The position numbers and the translations under genes are program-made. Below are positions 30,325 through 32,000 of a DNA stretch of 32,000 nucleotides, piece after piece. The stretch lies in NCBI GenBank assembly GCA_018675335.1, contig JABGYH010000001.1, positions 72,456-104,455 on the forward strand. Direction: 5' to 3'. The DNA comes from Candidatus Woesearchaeota archaeon. GTDB taxonomy: Archaea > Nanobdellota > Nanobdellia > Woesearchaeales > UBA11576. The notes beneath the pieces were generated by a model. The model made no database searches. It saw only the letters and a program-made list of their open reading frames with translations, and was not told the DNA's origin. Positions within the stretch are counted from its first letter, which is position 1, and each line of letters begins with the position of its first letter.

Positions 30325-31824
30325 TTGAAACTCAAAGCTAAAAATATGAATATCTCTTCAGGAAAAAAATTAATCGCAATTCTTAACAAAATAGATGCAA
30401 AAAATCTAGATTTACATATTGGAGATCGTATTCACTTAAGCAATGGTAAAAAAAGTGCTACTGCAATTTTAGACATTACAGATTCCTCAAAAATCGTTCC
30501 AACAGGAAAAATCGGATTATTTGATGAAGTATTAGCGGAAATTAGAGCAAAAACCGGTACTGAAATAAAAATTAAACTTGAAAAACTTCCAGAGTCATTA
30601 AGATTTATTCGAGCAAAACTCGAAGGTAAAATTTTAAATGAAAAAGAAATTTTTGCAATCACTCAAGATATTGTTGATAATAGATTAAGCCATATTGAAC
30701 TAACTTATTTTATTTCAGGTTGTTTTACTCAAGGACTAAATCTTAAAGAAACCACCTATTTAACAAAAGCACTTATTGAAACTGGAGATAAATTAGAAAT
30801 TAAAACAACTCCAGTCCTGGACAAACATTGTATTGGAGGAATTCCAGGCAATAGAACTACGAGCGTTGTTGTTCCAATTCTTTTAGCAGCAGGTTATACA
30901 ATGCCAAAAACTTCTTCTAGATCAATTACATCTCCGGCAGGAACTGCAGACACAATGGAAGTTTTAACAAATGTTTCACTTAATTTATCACAAATTAAAA
31001 AAGTAGTACACAAAACAGGAGGGTGCATGGTTTGGGGTGGCGCAGTTAATTTGGCTCCCGCAGATGATAAAATTATCACAGTAGAACATCCACTATCAAT
31101 TGATGCAGAAGGAAATTTGTTATCCTCAATTCTTGCTAAAAAAGGCAGTGTTTCCGCATCTCACGTTTTAATTGATATTCCAATTGGAAAAACTGCAAAA
31201 TTAAAAAGTGCAAAACATGCACAGCATTTGAAAAAAGCATTCATCAAATTAGGTTCAAAGTTAGGTATGAAAATTCTAGTAACAATTACTGATGGTAGTC
31301 AACCTATAGGCAATGGCGTAGGTCCTTCACTTGAAGCAAGAGATATTTTATATGTATTACAAAATGATGATCGTGCACCTCAAGATCTTCGAAGTAAAGC
31401 ACTACATTTAGCTGCAGAAATGATGTATTTTGTAGAAAAAGGTAAAAAAAGCAGAAAAGTTTATTTTGAAAAAGCAAAAGAAATACTTGATACGGGAATG
31501 GCTTGGCATAAAATGCTGGATGTCATTAATGCTCAAGGTAAAAAAATTATTAATCCAGATAAAATTGCATTTGCTAAACTTAAATTTAATGTAAAAGCAA
31601 CAAAATCAGGAATTATTAAAGAAATTGATAACAAAGCAATTGCTAAAATTGCACGAGTTGCAGGAGCCCCAAATGATAATGCAGCGGGAATGCTGTTACA
31701 TAAGCATGTTGGAGATCATGTATTAACAGGCGATAATTTGTACACGATTTATGCTGAAAGTAAAACTAAAATGGATTATGCTAAACATTTTAACAAAAAT
31801 CTTACTAGTTTTATTATACATTAA
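30325..31824 (+). CDS. AMP phosphorylase (archaeal thymidine-phosphorylase-family enzyme)
   Basis: Strong colinear resemblance to archaeal AMP phosphorylase: an N-terminal extra domain, HCIGGIPGNRTT, PKTSSRSITSPAGTADTME, GGAVNLAPADD and QPIGNGVGPSLEA. The track starts at TTG 30304. I prefer the in-frame TTG at 30325 (giving MKLKAKNMNISSG) because GAGGTGA (30313-30319) lies 5 nt upstream and the N-terminus then matches family members. ATG 30346 is another option. Confidence 0.9.
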   Translation: MKLKAKNMNISSGKKLIAILNKIDAKNLDLHIGDRIHLSNGKKSATAILDITDSSKIVPTGKIGLFDEVLAEIRAKTGTEIKIKLEKLPESLRFIRAKLEGKILNEKEIFAITQDIVDNRLSHIELTYFISGCFTQGLNLKETTYLTKALIETGDKLEIKTTPVLDKHCIGGIPGNRTTSVVVPILLAAGYTMPKTSSRSITSPAGTADTMEVLTNVSLNLSQIKKVVHKTGGCMVWGGAVNLAPADDKIITVEHPLSIDAEGNLLSSILAKKGSVSASHVLIDIPIGKTAKLKSAKHAQHLKKAFIKLGSKLGMKILVTITDGSQPIGNGVGPSLEARDILYVLQNDDRAPQDLRSKALHLAAEMMYFVEKGKKSRKVYFEKAKEILDTGMAWHKMLDVINAQGKKIINPDKIAFAKLKFNVKATKSGIIKEIDNKAIAKIARVAGAPNDNAAGMLLHKHVGDHVLTGDNLYTIYAESKTKMDYAKHFNKNLTSFIIH

Positions 31825-31898
31825 TTAAAACAAATTTAAAAAATAAAATAAAGAATGAATAAAAATATAATTCAAAAATAAATCTAAAAAAAAATAAA

Positions 31899-32000
31899 TT
31901 ATAACTTTAAATCTCCAAAATCACTTCCACCCGAGTCTCCAAAGTCTGATTTTGATGAATCAGAACTAGATGAACTTGAACTACCTAAATCTCCAAAATC
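31899..32000 (-). CDS. Possible 3' end of an unidentified gene (partial, 33 codons)
   Basis: The reverse strand reads ...DFGDLGSSSSSSSDSSKSDFGDSGGSDFGDLKL-stop (stop is the complement of 31899-31901). It is an acidic/Ser-rich tail with three DFGD repeats. It is too short to identify and may not be coding. Confidence 0.3.
   Translation of the reverse strand, partial: DFGDLGSSSSSSSDSSKSDFGDSGGSDFGDLKL

Overview
This is an AT-rich, gene-dense segment that reads as archaeal, most like a small-genome DPANN-type archaeon. The support is ribosomal protein eL33/L35Ae, an archaeal-type ProRS, a TrmB regulator, AMP phosphorylase, a tRNA that needs archaeal-style intron removal, and TTTATAWA boxes about 30-39 nt upstream of many start codons. 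The first 14 kb and the last 2.5 kb are ordinary housekeeping and transport genes: partial proS, a PfkB kinase, an ABC-2 exporter pair, a cupin, an Ldh_2 dehydrogenase, a TctA-like permease, L35Ae, a receiver/histidine-kinase pair, a YhhQ-type transporter, TrmB, a bPH membrane protein and AMP phosphorylase. There are four tRNA genes, and three look atypical by hand folding: Leu-UAA with two introns, Thr with A34, and Val with C33. The standout is 14.8-29.1 kb, about 45% of the window. It holds four co-oriented genes with no recognisable enzymatic domain, all carrying envelope signatures. The first is a bitopic protein with a Pro/Glu/Lys spacer. The second is a signal-peptide protein whose C-terminal ~480 aa looks like a bacterial outer-membrane beta-barrel and ends in a beta-signal-like ...SLNLGYTF. 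The third is a 2690-aa anchorless array of PKD, Fn3 and CARDB domains. The fourth is a C-terminally anchored CARDB/4-Cys protein, translationally coupled to the giant gene through a perfect 10-nt Shine-Dalgarno. I propose this as an uncharacterised envelope or host-attachment system. I saw no CRISPR array, transposase, integrase or rRNA. All calls come from reading the sequence and ORF translations by eye, with no searches or computations.
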